This document shows positions 1-8,750 of a stretch of DNA of 54,054 nucleotides, in pieces. The translations under genes and the position numbers were made by a program. Each line of letters begins with the position of its first letter. The stretch's first letter is position 1. Origin of the DNA: a virus (lineage: Duplodnaviria > Caudoviricetes). The stretch is taken from positions 1 to 54,054 of the IMG/VR virus record IMGVR_UViG_3300047300_000614; one strand, written 5' to 3'. The notes beneath the pieces are model-generated. The model saw nothing but the letters and a program-made list of their open reading frames with translations. It did no database searches and was not told the origin of the DNA.

Positions 1-50
1 ACATAATAATATATTAAATAATGTACAAATAACCTAAACAAAAAAAGCCT

Positions 51-635
51 ATGATTATAAACCTTTGGACACCACTGATTCTTAACCGTCTAACACTGAA
101 TCAGTTTGTCTACTTAGATTTTAGACACAAGGGAATAATACCCCCACCTGACTTAATCGATAGTCCTAACGTTGATAAAGCGTTAATACTAAAAGGATTA
201 ATGACGGATAAAGGTGCTATTACCCCAGCTGGTATTAAGATAATAGATGAGTTCTATGCTCAAATAGAGCCAAAGAAGAAAGTCCATATCACAAACCAGA
301 TGAAACACCCACAGATAGAAGATCTGTTGCTTGATTATCGAGACTGCTTTCCAAAAGGTGCAGTGTCAGGAAGAATACTAAGAACTAGTACTACAGATTT
401 AAAGAAACGTTTTAATGAGTTCTTTAAGAAGTATCCTGATTATACCTGGACTGAAGTACTTGATGCTACTGAGATGTATGCAAATACGTTTAAGAATGGT
501 CCTCACGGATACACTTATATGAAGAACTCAACATACTTTATTATGAAAGACGGAGTTTCTGAACTAGCTTCTACTATCGAAAGTCTTCGTGACACAGATG
601 GTGTTCCAGTATCTTCTGGATATGTTCATGACTAG
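51..635 (+). CDS. Hypothetical protein upstream of the helicase, possibly a replication initiator or helicase loader
   Basis: 194-aa ORF with an A-rich leader. The N-terminal part resembles a winged helix (LILKGLMTDKGAITPAG). It sits directly before the DnaB-like gene; function is inferred from position only. Confidence 0.55.
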   Translation: MIINLWTPLILNRLTLNQFVYLDFRHKGIIPPPDLIDSPNVDKALILKGLMTDKGAITPAGIKIIDEFYAQIEPKKKVHITNQMKHPQIEDLLLDYRDCFPKGAVSGRILRTSTTDLKKRFNEFFKKYPDYTWTEVLDATEMYANTFKNGPHGYTYMKNSTYFIMKDGVSELASTIESLRDTDGVPVSSGYVHD

Positions 636-672
636 TTGTTTTTCTAGTAACTTTTTTGTATTTTTATCTTCC
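636..672 (+). promoter_or_regulatory. Putative promoter TTG-N19-GTATTTTTATCTTCC upstream of the helicase
   Basis: A near-identical element with the same spacing lies on the - strand at 52762-52798. It resembles the Bacteroidota -33/-7 promoter layout. Confidence 0.5.
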
Positions 673-673
673 T

Positions 674-1678
674 ATGAGCACACAAATAACAGACATTTTA
701 GATGATGTAGTACCTTTATCGGTGATAAACCAGAAGGGTATAGACTACATTGAAAAGCGCAGAACAGGACAGATTAAATCCGTTATGTCACCATGGCCTA
801 GTATCAACGAAGTAACTATGGGTGGCTTTGAATGGGGAACAATCTCAGTTATTGCTGCAAGATCAGGAGGTGGTAAGACTACCTTTATGCTTGAGTTAAC
901 CCGCAATGTTCATGATCTAAACTCATCGCAAGATTTTCTTGTACTGGACTTCCAGTTTGAGATGACTGATGAAAAGATCGCATTAAGAGAGTATAGTCAA
1001 AAGACGGGACTATCAGTAAAAGATTTAGCTAGTGCATCAAAGCAGTTAGCTAGTACAGTAGTTGATTATCTTAAAGGGTATCTTGACTACAAGAAAGAAA
1101 AGTCACCAAACGACAAGATCTTTGTAATCACAAAGCGATGTACTGTATCTAATATTAGAGCATACATACTTGCAATGTGGGCAAAGTATCGTAAACCAAT
1201 GGTGATTACTATTGACCATAGTTACTTAGTAATGATGGGTACAGAGAAAAGTGAGTTGGCAATGTTGCATAACCTTGGTGTTATGATGACTGAGCTTAAA
1301 AAAGCAATCCCTTGTTTGTTTATTGTATTAAATCAGATGAACAGGGATATCGAGAGTAATGAGAGACGTACTCCAGGTAAAGCCGGTAATTATCCAAATA
1401 CTTCAGACATCTATGGTGGTGATGCTTTGTATAACCACGCTGACTTAATGATTGCTCTTGATAGACCATTTGAGAAGAACTTACTTATCTATGGCCCTCA
1501 GAAGTACAAAGTAGAGAAAGACCACGTCGCAGCTCACATACTAAAAGCTAGAGATGGTAAATCAGATTCAGTGCTGTTCTTTAGAGCAGACTTTGGTGCA
1601 AATAAGTTTGTTGAATGTCCAGAACCTGACAGAGAAGATCAGACAATAACAACAAGAAAGAGAGTAGTAAATCCTTAA
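674..1678 (+). CDS. dnaB: DnaB-like (SF4) replicative helicase
   Basis: Walker A AARSGGGKT, FQFEM motif, Walker B ITIDH, LNQMNR, then DIYGGDAL...HAD and KARDG. ATG at 674 is preferred over the TTG at 656. Confidence 0.9.
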   Translation: MSTQITDILDDVVPLSVINQKGIDYIEKRRTGQIKSVMSPWPSINEVTMGGFEWGTISVIAARSGGGKTTFMLELTRNVHDLNSSQDFLVLDFQFEMTDEKIALREYSQKTGLSVKDLASASKQLASTVVDYLKGYLDYKKEKSPNDKIFVITKRCTVSNIRAYILAMWAKYRKPMVITIDHSYLVMMGTEKSELAMLHNLGVMMTELKKAIPCLFIVLNQMNRDIESNERRTPGKAGNYPNTSDIYGGDALYNHADLMIALDRPFEKNLLIYGPQKYKVEKDHVAAHILKARDGKSDSVLFFRADFGANKFVECPEPDREDQTITTRKRVVNP

Positions 1679-1680
1679 TA

Positions 1681-2439
1681 ATGTTTAATATGTTCAATAA
1701 ATTAGCTGGTGACTTTACGATCTTACGATCAGTCCCAAAAGCAGTGCCTGAACCAGTAGCTGAGCTAGGGCCGAATGTAATTAGTAAGACTAACATGACT
1801 GCAGAAGAAAAGAAACAACTGTATGTTAAGTTAACTCAGTATCATAAAGATGCTTTAGCAGATCATGGTTTTCCAATGGCAAAGGTAGAGTTTAAAACTA
1901 TCTGGCATGATGCTACAACAAACCAAGACTCTGTTAACCTATATGGTAATCAGTTTAGACGTAACTTCTTCTTTGAGATCTTGAAGTCTTCAGATGATAA
2001 GAAAGGTTATGTAACACAAGATGAACGTGTTTTATATACAGTTAATCCTAACTGTGTATACTATGAAGAGTATGCTTTGGCAAACGTTAATGCAAACGTT
2101 CTTGCAGATCAACCTGAGAATCGATTATATAGCGTTCCTTTAACAGATCTTATTGCTGTTGGTGTTAATGGTCAATATCTTGCAAAGGTGCAATTAGAAG
2201 CAGAGAAAGAAAGAAGAAGACAAGTAGCAGCACAAGCTCCTATACAAGAAGAGCCGGTTGTTAAAGACTCTTTTGAGTTAGAGTTTGAACAGTTATCTGC
2301 AAATGATTTCAAGGCAGAAGATCAACACTATAATAATCTTAGTGTTCTTGACTTACTTGCTATTATTCAGTGTGAGCCTATTAGTTCAAAAGAGTATCTT
2401 AATCAAGCAATAAACAAAATAAATAAACAACGTAAATAA
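1681..2439 (+). CDS. Hypothetical protein in the replication module
   Basis: 252-aa ORF tiling between the helicase and the ATPase; its stop overlaps the next start (TAATG). Confidence 0.7.
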   Translation: MFNMFNKLAGDFTILRSVPKAVPEPVAELGPNVISKTNMTAEEKKQLYVKLTQYHKDALADHGFPMAKVEFKTIWHDATTNQDSVNLYGNQFRRNFFFEILKSSDDKKGYVTQDERVLYTVNPNCVYYEEYALANVNANVLADQPENRLYSVPLTDLIAVGVNGQYLAKVQLEAEKERRRQVAAQAPIQEEPVVKDSFELEFEQLSANDFKAEDQHYNNLSVLDLLAIIQCEPISSKEYLNQAINKINKQRK

Positions 2440-3179
2440 TGGAAGAGATTAAGTTACCTACAGATAAAGTAAAAGCGGAAGTAAAGAATCCAAAGAATCT
2501 TATTATATTCGCAAAGCCAAAAGTTGGCAAGACTGAGTTACTAGCTGGACTACCAGAGTGTCTAATCTTAGACCTTGAAAGTGGTACTGACTATGTTGAT
2601 GCATTAAAGATCAAGGCAACATCCGTTAGAGACATAAAAGCCATCGGTGAGCAGATTTTAAAAGCAAATAAACCGTATAAGTATATTGCAGTAGATACAA
2701 TCACTGCCCTTGAAGACATCTGTTTACCTTTTGCAGAAGAGTTATACAGTAAGACATCAATGGGTAAGAACTGGTTAACAGAAGGTAAGCCTAAGTATAC
2801 AAGCTTATTGAACTTACCTAATGGTGCTGGTTATCCGTGGTTGAGAGAGGCGTTTACAAAAGTTATTGATTACATCAAGACTCTTGCACCTCACATTATT
2901 TTAGTTGGGCACGTTAAAGATACGATGCTAGAGAAGAACGGGGCAGAAGTAAACGTTCTTGATCTTGATTTAACAGGTAAGTTGAAACGAATCAGTACAT
3001 CTAACTCAGATGCTATTGGTTATCTGTATCGCAAAGGAAAGCAAAACTTCCTAAGCTTTAAAACTACAGATGAAATCTCATGTGGGGCAAGACCTACTCA
3101 CTTAAGAGATAAAGAGTTTATGGTATCAGAGATGACTGATAAAGGTCTGGTTACATATTGGGACCAAGTATTTATTTAA
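2439..3179 (+). CDS. AAA_24/Sak4-like ATPase (putative ssDNA annealing or recombination protein)
   Basis: Walker A AKPKVGKT, LDLESG, Walker B IAVDTIT, ILVGH. Followed by an SSB-like gene, as is usual for Sak4. Confidence 0.8.
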   Translation: MEEIKLPTDKVKAEVKNPKNLIIFAKPKVGKTELLAGLPECLILDLESGTDYVDALKIKATSVRDIKAIGEQILKANKPYKYIAVDTITALEDICLPFAEELYSKTSMGKNWLTEGKPKYTSLLNLPNGAGYPWLREAFTKVIDYIKTLAPHIILVGHVKDTMLEKNGAEVNVLDLDLTGKLKRISTSNSDAIGYLYRKGKQNFLSFKTTDEISCGARPTHLRDKEFMVSEMTDKGLVTYWDQVFI

Positions 3180-3211
3180 TGTAAACAATAATATAAAAAA
3201 CAAAAACAATC

Positions 3212-3907
3212 ATGATTAGTACAAAAGATTTCGCATCAGTAGAAGAAAGAGCAACAGCAAAAACTAGCCCAATCATTGGACCAGGAACCACAGAAGCACG
3301 CATTCAGAATGTTCAGTTACTTAAGAACCGTAGTTATGATACAGATGGCTCGGTTAGTTTAGTGTTAAACTTAGAAACTGCGCCAATAACAGATCCAAAC
3401 TTCCAAGGTTTCTTTATCAATCCAAGTGATCCGACAAGTCCTCGTCACTTAGGTCAGATTGGTCGTGTTAAGTATAAGGCTTATCCAATGAAGGATAGTA
3501 CTGTTACTCGTAACATGCCGGATGGTACAACAAAGACCATCAACAACAAGCGTGATAATGAGTATTTACAAGCAGTGATTAACTTAGCAAATACGTTAGG
3601 TGCTCCTATTAGAGAAGCAGTTGACAACATTGCAGCTTCAACTATCTTTGATCACGTTGATGCAGTTTCTCGTATCTTTGCTAATCGTTCAATGGTATTT
3701 ACTATTGCAGCAAGCGGTTACAAGAATGCAAAAGGTTATACAGCTTATGATTTGTATTTACCTTATGATAAGACAGGAAAGAAAGCTTATGTGTTAAAGG
3801 GTAACGAAGCTGATCTTATTACTTTTGACAAAGCACTACATGTTAGTGAGCCAAAAGAAGATAAGCCAGTTGCAGGTTTCGAACCAAACAACGACTTCAG
3901 CTTATAG
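3212..3907 (+). CDS. Putative single-stranded DNA-binding protein
   Basis: Beta-rich 231-aa ORF with an acidic/aromatic C-terminal tail (EDKPVAGFEPNNDFSL), lying between the Sak4-like ATPase and the primase. Confidence 0.55.
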   Translation: MISTKDFASVEERATAKTSPIIGPGTTEARIQNVQLLKNRSYDTDGSVSLVLNLETAPITDPNFQGFFINPSDPTSPRHLGQIGRVKYKAYPMKDSTVTRNMPDGTTKTINNKRDNEYLQAVINLANTLGAPIREAVDNIAASTIFDHVDAVSRIFANRSMVFTIAASGYKNAKGYTAYDLYLPYDKTGKKAYVLKGNEADLITFDKALHVSEPKEDKPVAGFEPNNDFSL

Positions 3908-3931
3908 TATTAGTGGTTAGGTGATGTAAGA

Positions 3932-3965
3932 AAGGGTAGGGATAATGTCTCTGCCCTTCTTTTTT
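3932..3965 (+). terminator. Intrinsic terminator after the SSB-like gene
   Basis: AAGGGTAGGGA-taatg-TCTCTGCCCTT forms an 11-bp stem with two G-U pairs, followed by a T-run. Confidence 0.75.
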
Positions 3966-3986
3966 CTCCTTTAATAACACACGGTT

Positions 3987-4994
3987 ATGCTTAGTACAAA
4001 AAACTTAATCTCAGATGTCAGATTAGTTCCATCAACATGGATCTTTGAGCATTATTGCAAGCTCTCAGATAAACTTGTTGGGCAAGATCTTAAAGTAAAG
4101 AGTCTCTTTAATCCAAAAGAACGTACACCAAGTATGTGTATCTACTTTGATCAGAAGAAAACTGTTTATAAGTTTAAGGACTTCTCAACAGACAAAGGCG
4201 GGGGAGCTATTGATTTAGTAAAACATTTGTATCAGTGTAGCTTTGGACAAGCAGCAGCAACTATTATTGAAGACTATAACGAGTTTATACTACACAATAA
4301 CGGAGGCTTTGATGTTCAAGAGTTTAAAAGCTATAGTAAGTATCGGGTCAAGGATACGTTTGTGAGACCATGGACAACAGCAGACCAGTATTACTGGACT
4401 AAGTTCAACATCGGATCCAGATTACTTGACGGACATAATGTTAAGCCATTACAATCTTACACTATGTTTAAAGATGAAGACGGTAAACCAAAGGAGCTTG
4501 AGATATCAGGCAAACATATCTATGGTTACTTTACAGCAACAGGTGATGTCTATAAGATATATCAACCCACTGTAAAAGATAAGAAGTTTATTAAAGTAGC
4601 GAACTATATCCAAGGTTCGGAACAATTAAAAGGTCATGACTACTTAGTTATTGCATCTAGTCTTAAAGATCTAATGGCACTTAAATCACTCAAACTTAGT
4701 ATTGATGTAGTTGCCCCAGATTCAGAGAATACAATGATCAAACAAGAAGTCATTGAAGAGTACAGCAGAAGATATAAAAAGATTATTACTATCTTTGACA
4801 ATGATGATGCTGGAATCCGGGCAATGAAAAAGTATCAAGAGCATTATGGTATACCTTATGTACATCTAAAGATGAGCAAAGATTTAGCTGATGCTGTAAA
4901 AGACTTTGGGCCTAGAGAGGTAATGATCAATCTTGTTCCTTTAATAACTAAACATATTACTAATGAGTCAGCCAACTTGGATGTACAAGCGTAA
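3987..4994 (+). CDS. dnaG: DnaG-like DNA primase, crAss type
   Basis: Degenerate Zn-ribbon region (SLFNPKERTPS...FKDFS...GGAIDLV), YKIYQP, TOPRIM elements SSLKD and FDNDDAG, and KDLAD. Confidence 0.85.
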   Translation: MLSTKNLISDVRLVPSTWIFEHYCKLSDKLVGQDLKVKSLFNPKERTPSMCIYFDQKKTVYKFKDFSTDKGGGAIDLVKHLYQCSFGQAAATIIEDYNEFILHNNGGFDVQEFKSYSKYRVKDTFVRPWTTADQYYWTKFNIGSRLLDGHNVKPLQSYTMFKDEDGKPKELEISGKHIYGYFTATGDVYKIYQPTVKDKKFIKVANYIQGSEQLKGHDYLVIASSLKDLMALKSLKLSIDVVAPDSENTMIKQEVIEEYSRRYKKIITIFDNDDAGIRAMKKYQEHYGIPYVHLKMSKDLADAVKDFGPREVMINLVPLITKHITNESANLDVQA

Positions 4995-5406
4995 AGCTAT
5001 CACTTCTCTTGATAAGCTTCCAAAATACCACGAACTTGAAGGATTTGTCTATAAGATAACTAATCTGTCAACAGGTCAGATCTATATAGGTAAGAAGTCT
5101 TTGTATCATACAAAGAAGAAAAAGATCTCAGCTCGTACTAAAGCGGAAACAAAGACAAGAAAGACATTCGAGTATATAAAGAAAGAATCAGACTGGCTAA
5201 AGTATTATGGTTCAAGCAAAGAACTATCAGCAGATGTTAAGTTACTTGGAGTTGAGCAGTTCTCAAGAGAGATCTTAGAGTTATGCAAGACAAAGAAATA
5301 CTTAACATATGCTGAGTTTGCTTGGCAAGTTAAACTTGACGTATTAAGAACCAATTCATATAACGGTAATATACTAGGTAAATGGTATTCCCGGGATATG
5401 GAGTAA
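4963..5406 (+). CDS. GIY-YIG family endonuclease
   Basis: GFVYKITN...IYIGKK, ESDWLKYYGSS, FSREIL, YAE and YNGNI motifs. Confidence 0.8.
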   Translation: MSQPTWMYKRKAITSLDKLPKYHELEGFVYKITNLSTGQIYIGKKSLYHTKKKKISARTKAETKTRKTFEYIKKESDWLKYYGSSKELSADVKLLGVEQFSREILELCKTKKYLTYAEFAWQVKLDVLRTNSYNGNILGKWYSRDME

Positions 5407-5417
5407 ACAAAAAGACT

Positions 5418-5762
5418 ATGCCACAACTACATGAAACGATGATGGGACAAAAGTTGATATCAACAAACATCCCAGGTATTCACCACGAGTTAAAGCGTAT
5501 TGCAGATTTACTTGAGACTCTTGTCATAATGCAAGGTCACTCACAAAAAGCAAAAGATAATAGAGGTATTACATTATTAAAACCAGGTTCATACGTTGTC
5601 ACTATATACGGTGATGTATGGAATCTTGATAGAGATAGATGGAACTCAAATATCTGGCGTGGAGTATTAGAGACAGCAGTAACAACAAAGAAAGTTGGTA
5701 CTAATGTTAAAGCAGCCACAAAGCGTGATGCATTATTAATGATAGAAGAAAAATATAAGTAA
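5418..5762 (+). CDS. Hypothetical protein
   Basis: ORF whose likely ATG is at 5418, after the A-rich leader AAACAAAAAGACT. Confidence 0.65.
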   Translation: MPQLHETMMGQKLISTNIPGIHHELKRIADLLETLVIMQGHSQKAKDNRGITLLKPGSYVVTIYGDVWNLDRDRWNSNIWRGVLETAVTTKKVGTNVKAATKRDALLMIEEKYK

Positions 5763-5763
5763 G

Positions 5764-5931
5764 ATGGAAGACCCAATTATTGAAGCTGTTATAGAACAGA
5801 TGAAGGAAGATTTTGCAATGCAGGATGTAACAGCAATCTATGAGTTACTAGAGTTTTTACCAAAGAAAAACTTATTAGGTTATCTTCCAGAAGAAGTAGC
5901 AGACGCGCTTATAAAACAAGAAAAACAATGA
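5764..5931 (+). CDS. Small acidic hypothetical protein, 55 aa (not in the ORF track)
   Basis: MEDPIIEAVIEQMKEDF...KQEKQ*. Starts 1 nt after the previous stop and overlaps the next gene by ATGA. Confidence 0.7.
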   Translation: MEDPIIEAVIEQMKEDFAMQDVTAIYELLEFLPKKNLLGYLPEEVADALIKQEKQ

Positions 5932-6131
5932 AAGATCAATATGCAGTAATACTAAACTTTGAAACACAAACTATTGATGTCTTAAGTTTAGATAATCTTC
6001 CACAAGGTGAAGATGTAGAGTTATTCATTGAAGATACTCTTGATTACAGTCTTAGTAACTGTGAATGGATGGTTACAAATGATATTACACCAAAGCACTT
6101 AAACTTTAATAAAGCTCATGGTACAGAATAA
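5928..6131 (+). CDS. Small acidic hypothetical protein
   Basis: 67-aa ORF translationally coupled to the upstream ORF (ATGA). Confidence 0.7.
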   Translation: MKDQYAVILNFETQTIDVLSLDNLPQGEDVELFIEDTLDYSLSNCEWMVTNDITPKHLNFNKAHGTE

Positions 6132-6297
6132 AAGAACAGAAGAAGCTTGTTTAGATTTACTAGGCTTCTTAGAGAGAATAGAATCAACAACACAGGATAA
6201 AACTACTGCTGCTGAGATTCGCAATTACTTATACCAACAAGGTTATTGGTCAAAAAATAACGAAGTAGACCACAGCAATGAAACATCTGGTATATAA
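6118..6297 (+). CDS. Small hypothetical protein, 59 aa (not in the ORF track)
   Basis: MVQNKRTEEACLDLLGFLERIE...ETSGI*. Fills the gap between its neighbours with short overlaps. Confidence 0.6.
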   Translation: MVQNKRTEEACLDLLGFLERIESTTQDKTTAAEIRNYLYQQGYWSKNNEVDHSNETSGI

Positions 6298-6673
6298 CGC
6301 AGTGCGCTGTAAAGCCTGCAAGAAGAAACTAGTATCAGCGCATACACATGATTACAAAGTATGCGGATGTCCTCAAGAGACTATGGTTGATGGAGGTCTT
6401 AGTTATGAAAGATATGGGGGACTTGATCTTAATATGGTTGAGTCCCTTCATGTTTACGATGATGCTCCAATAACAACTATAAGAAAGTTATTTAAATGGG
6501 GTACACGTGGTAAAGATGGTAGTAAGAAACTAAAGTTTGTCAAACTAAAAGATATAACGGATGATCATCTACTAGCTTTACTTGAGTATAACTGCTCAGA
6601 TTGGATTAAAACAATATTTCAAAGTGAATATAACTACAGAACAGATTATGGAAAACGAACACTTAATGGATAG
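6278..6673 (+). CDS. Putative Zn-binding phage protein
   Basis: NAVRCKAC...HTHDYKVCGC...VDGG pattern (CxxC...H...CxC), followed by WGTRGKDG. Confidence 0.7.
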   Translation: MKHLVYNAVRCKACKKKLVSAHTHDYKVCGCPQETMVDGGLSYERYGGLDLNMVESLHVYDDAPITTIRKLFKWGTRGKDGSKKLKFVKLKDITDDHLLALLEYNCSDWIKTIFQSEYNYRTDYGKRTLNG

Positions 6674-7652
6674 CTTTTACGGACAACCGTTTAATTTTAG
6701 TTACAGCAGCCTTAGCCGGTTACTGTGGAATCCTAAGTCTTTTAAAGACGTATACATTGATGGTAATAGAGAAGAGATTATTGCGGACCACTTAATAAAA
6801 GGTAAGCTTATTCATAATCTTATCTTAGAGCCTGATACATTACAGAAGAACTATATCGTAATGCCAACAGATTTGCCAACAGCAAAGACAAAGACAGTAA
6901 TCGATAGAGTATATGCTCACAAAGAGCAATTAGTTGATGACTCAAGAGAAGAGTTAGAAGATTTTAGTGGTGCTATCCTTGATGTTATGAAAGACATGGG
7001 ATACTTTCAGAACTTAAAGACTGATAATCAACGCATTGAAAAGATTGTAACACTTGATAACTTAGTTTACTGGTCCTTCTTAAAGATGAAGAAAGGTAAA
7101 GACTTAATCGATCAAGAGACTCTTACTTTCTGTACTCAAGCAGTTGAGACTATTAAGTCACACCCAGAAGTATGTGAGCTACTTGGTTTACACTTAGACA
7201 GTATGTCTGGCAATATTGAGACTATAAACGAGAAGATGTTCTTTATCCATAACTATAAAGACTATCCGTTTGGTTTAAAAGGTATTATTGACAACCTTAA
7301 GATTGATCATGACCAAAAGAAGATCTTTATAAACGACTTAAAGACCACTTCAAAAGATCTAATAAACTTTGATGGTTCTATTGAACACTACTCTTACTGG
7401 ATGCAAGCAGCGATATACTATGAGTTAGTATCAGTAAACTTTAAAGATCTATTAGATAATGGTTATACTATTGAGTTTAACTTTATTGCTATTGATAGAA
7501 ACTATTGTACGTATGCATTTGGTGTGTCAGACTCTAGTCTTAATGCATGGCGTGAACGTTTAGGTGAGACTCTTGATAAAGCTGAATGGCACTATAAAGA
7601 AAGAAATTATTATCTTCCTTATGAACTTGCCAGTAAAAAAGTATATTTGTAG
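6648..7652 (+). CDS. PD-(D/E)XK exonuclease (RecE/exonuclease VIII-like)
   Basis: FSYSSL, GKLIH, E...KGIIDNL...INDLKTT and YWMQAAIY motifs. ATG at 6648 is preferred. Confidence 0.85.
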   Translation: MENEHLMDSFYGQPFNFSYSSLSRLLWNPKSFKDVYIDGNREEIIADHLIKGKLIHNLILEPDTLQKNYIVMPTDLPTAKTKTVIDRVYAHKEQLVDDSREELEDFSGAILDVMKDMGYFQNLKTDNQRIEKIVTLDNLVYWSFLKMKKGKDLIDQETLTFCTQAVETIKSHPEVCELLGLHLDSMSGNIETINEKMFFIHNYKDYPFGLKGIIDNLKIDHDQKKIFINDLKTTSKDLINFDGSIEHYSYWMQAAIYYELVSVNFKDLLDNGYTIEFNFIAIDRNYCTYAFGVSDSSLNAWRERLGETLDKAEWHYKERNYYLPYELASKKVYL

Positions 7653-7670
7653 TACAAAACCAAAACACAG

Positions 7671-8249
7671 ATGACAAAGTATATCCTACGCTCACTTTAT
7701 GATAAGTACTTTCAGAAGTCAAAGACTTTCCTGTTACCTTATGTTCTACCAGATCGCAAGAAAATTGCTCAACCAGAGAACGTTTATGTTGCATGGAAAG
7801 GAAGATACACTGTAAAGAAAAAAAGACTTATTGTTGTATACAAGGCGGGGGATAAATCAGCTGCATTCAAAAAGGCGGAGGCTGCTATGGTAGCTTCCCC
7901 TTTATTTGAATTAAGAGAAGTATCTCCAGATAAGAAGCAGATCATCTTTGTCTTTAACTTTTCAAAAAGAGCAAAAGACTGGAACAACTTTATTGAAGGT
8001 AAGTATTCTAAACTTAGTGACCACCTCAAACTTGCAATATTGCACTTTTATAGCGAAGGTACTTCTGAGTTCTTGTATATACACTCTTATTTGTATCCAG
8101 ATGCATACTTTGAAGACTATGCTCATCACCTTGATGTTAGTGTTAAACTACTAGCTGAAGTAGGTGAGCTATGTGATAAGTATAATCCTGATAAAGAAAC
8201 TTTTAGTTTAGTTGCTGAAGATTTGGAGATCTTAGAAAAAGCAGTTTAA
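7671..8249 (+). CDS. Hypothetical protein
   Basis: 192-aa ORF with an A-rich leader. Contains KSKTFLLP and FIEGKYSKLS, recalled as typical of crAss-like replication modules. Confidence 0.7.
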   Translation: MTKYILRSLYDKYFQKSKTFLLPYVLPDRKKIAQPENVYVAWKGRYTVKKKRLIVVYKAGDKSAAFKKAEAAMVASPLFELREVSPDKKQIIFVFNFSKRAKDWNNFIEGKYSKLSDHLKLAILHFYSEGTSEFLYIHSYLYPDAYFEDYAHHLDVSVKLLAEVGELCDKYNPDKETFSLVAEDLEILEKAV

Positions 8250-8272
8250 TTTGTAAAAAACCAACCAACCTT

Positions 8273-8656
8273 ATGCCAAACAATATGTTTATCATCTCTT
8301 CTAAATGGGGAGAACTTGATAGTTTTCGTTTAATACCTATCAACACAGACTGTCCTTTTGCTGAATGTATCTATGATCCATCTCAAGGTATCTTAGCAGT
8401 TATCTCAAAAGAGAAGAGACAAAAGTATCACTTCTTACCTCGTCTTGATGACCGTGGAAAGATTATTCCAGTAAAAAGAAAAGCAGGTGATCCTGAAGAG
8501 TTTACTCCTTTTGCTGAAGAGAGACGTTTAATGGAAACATCTTACGAGTATTATATTGATAATGCTGATGAGATATTAGACTTTGTTGACTTAATGCGTA
8601 GTAAAGATCAACCGGTAACTATTGATTACAAAGGTATGATTAAGAAAGACAAATAG
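8273..8656 (+). CDS. Hypothetical protein
   Basis: 127-aa ORF with leader AAAAAACCAACCAACCTT, followed by a terminator. Confidence 0.7.
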   Translation: MPNNMFIISSKWGELDSFRLIPINTDCPFAECIYDPSQGILAVISKEKRQKYHFLPRLDDRGKIIPVKRKAGDPEEFTPFAEERRLMETSYEYYIDNADEILDFVDLMRSKDQPVTIDYKGMIKKDK

Positions 8657-8677
8657 TTTGATTTGATTAATTACACT

Positions 8678-8708
8678 AATGGGAGAGGTAGTACTTCTCC
8701 CATTTTTT
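8678..8708 (+). terminator. Intrinsic terminator
   Basis: AATGGGAGAGG-tagta-CTTCTCCCATT stem running into a T-tract. Confidence 0.75.
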
Positions 8709-8750
8709 ATGCAAACAAAGACGGGGGAACAGCTTAACTGAACGTTGCAT

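Noticed and set aside
7642-7649. TATATTTG (-7 box) before the 7671 gene, and TTAATTTG near 8246
   Set aside because: The first has no TTG at the expected spacing, and the second deviates from TAnnTTTG. They may be promoters but support is too weak to call.
6648-7652. Cas4-like nuclease implying a CRISPR system
   Set aside because: No repeat-spacer array or other cas genes were seen. The context (Sak4-like ATPase, SSB) fits a recombination exonuclease.
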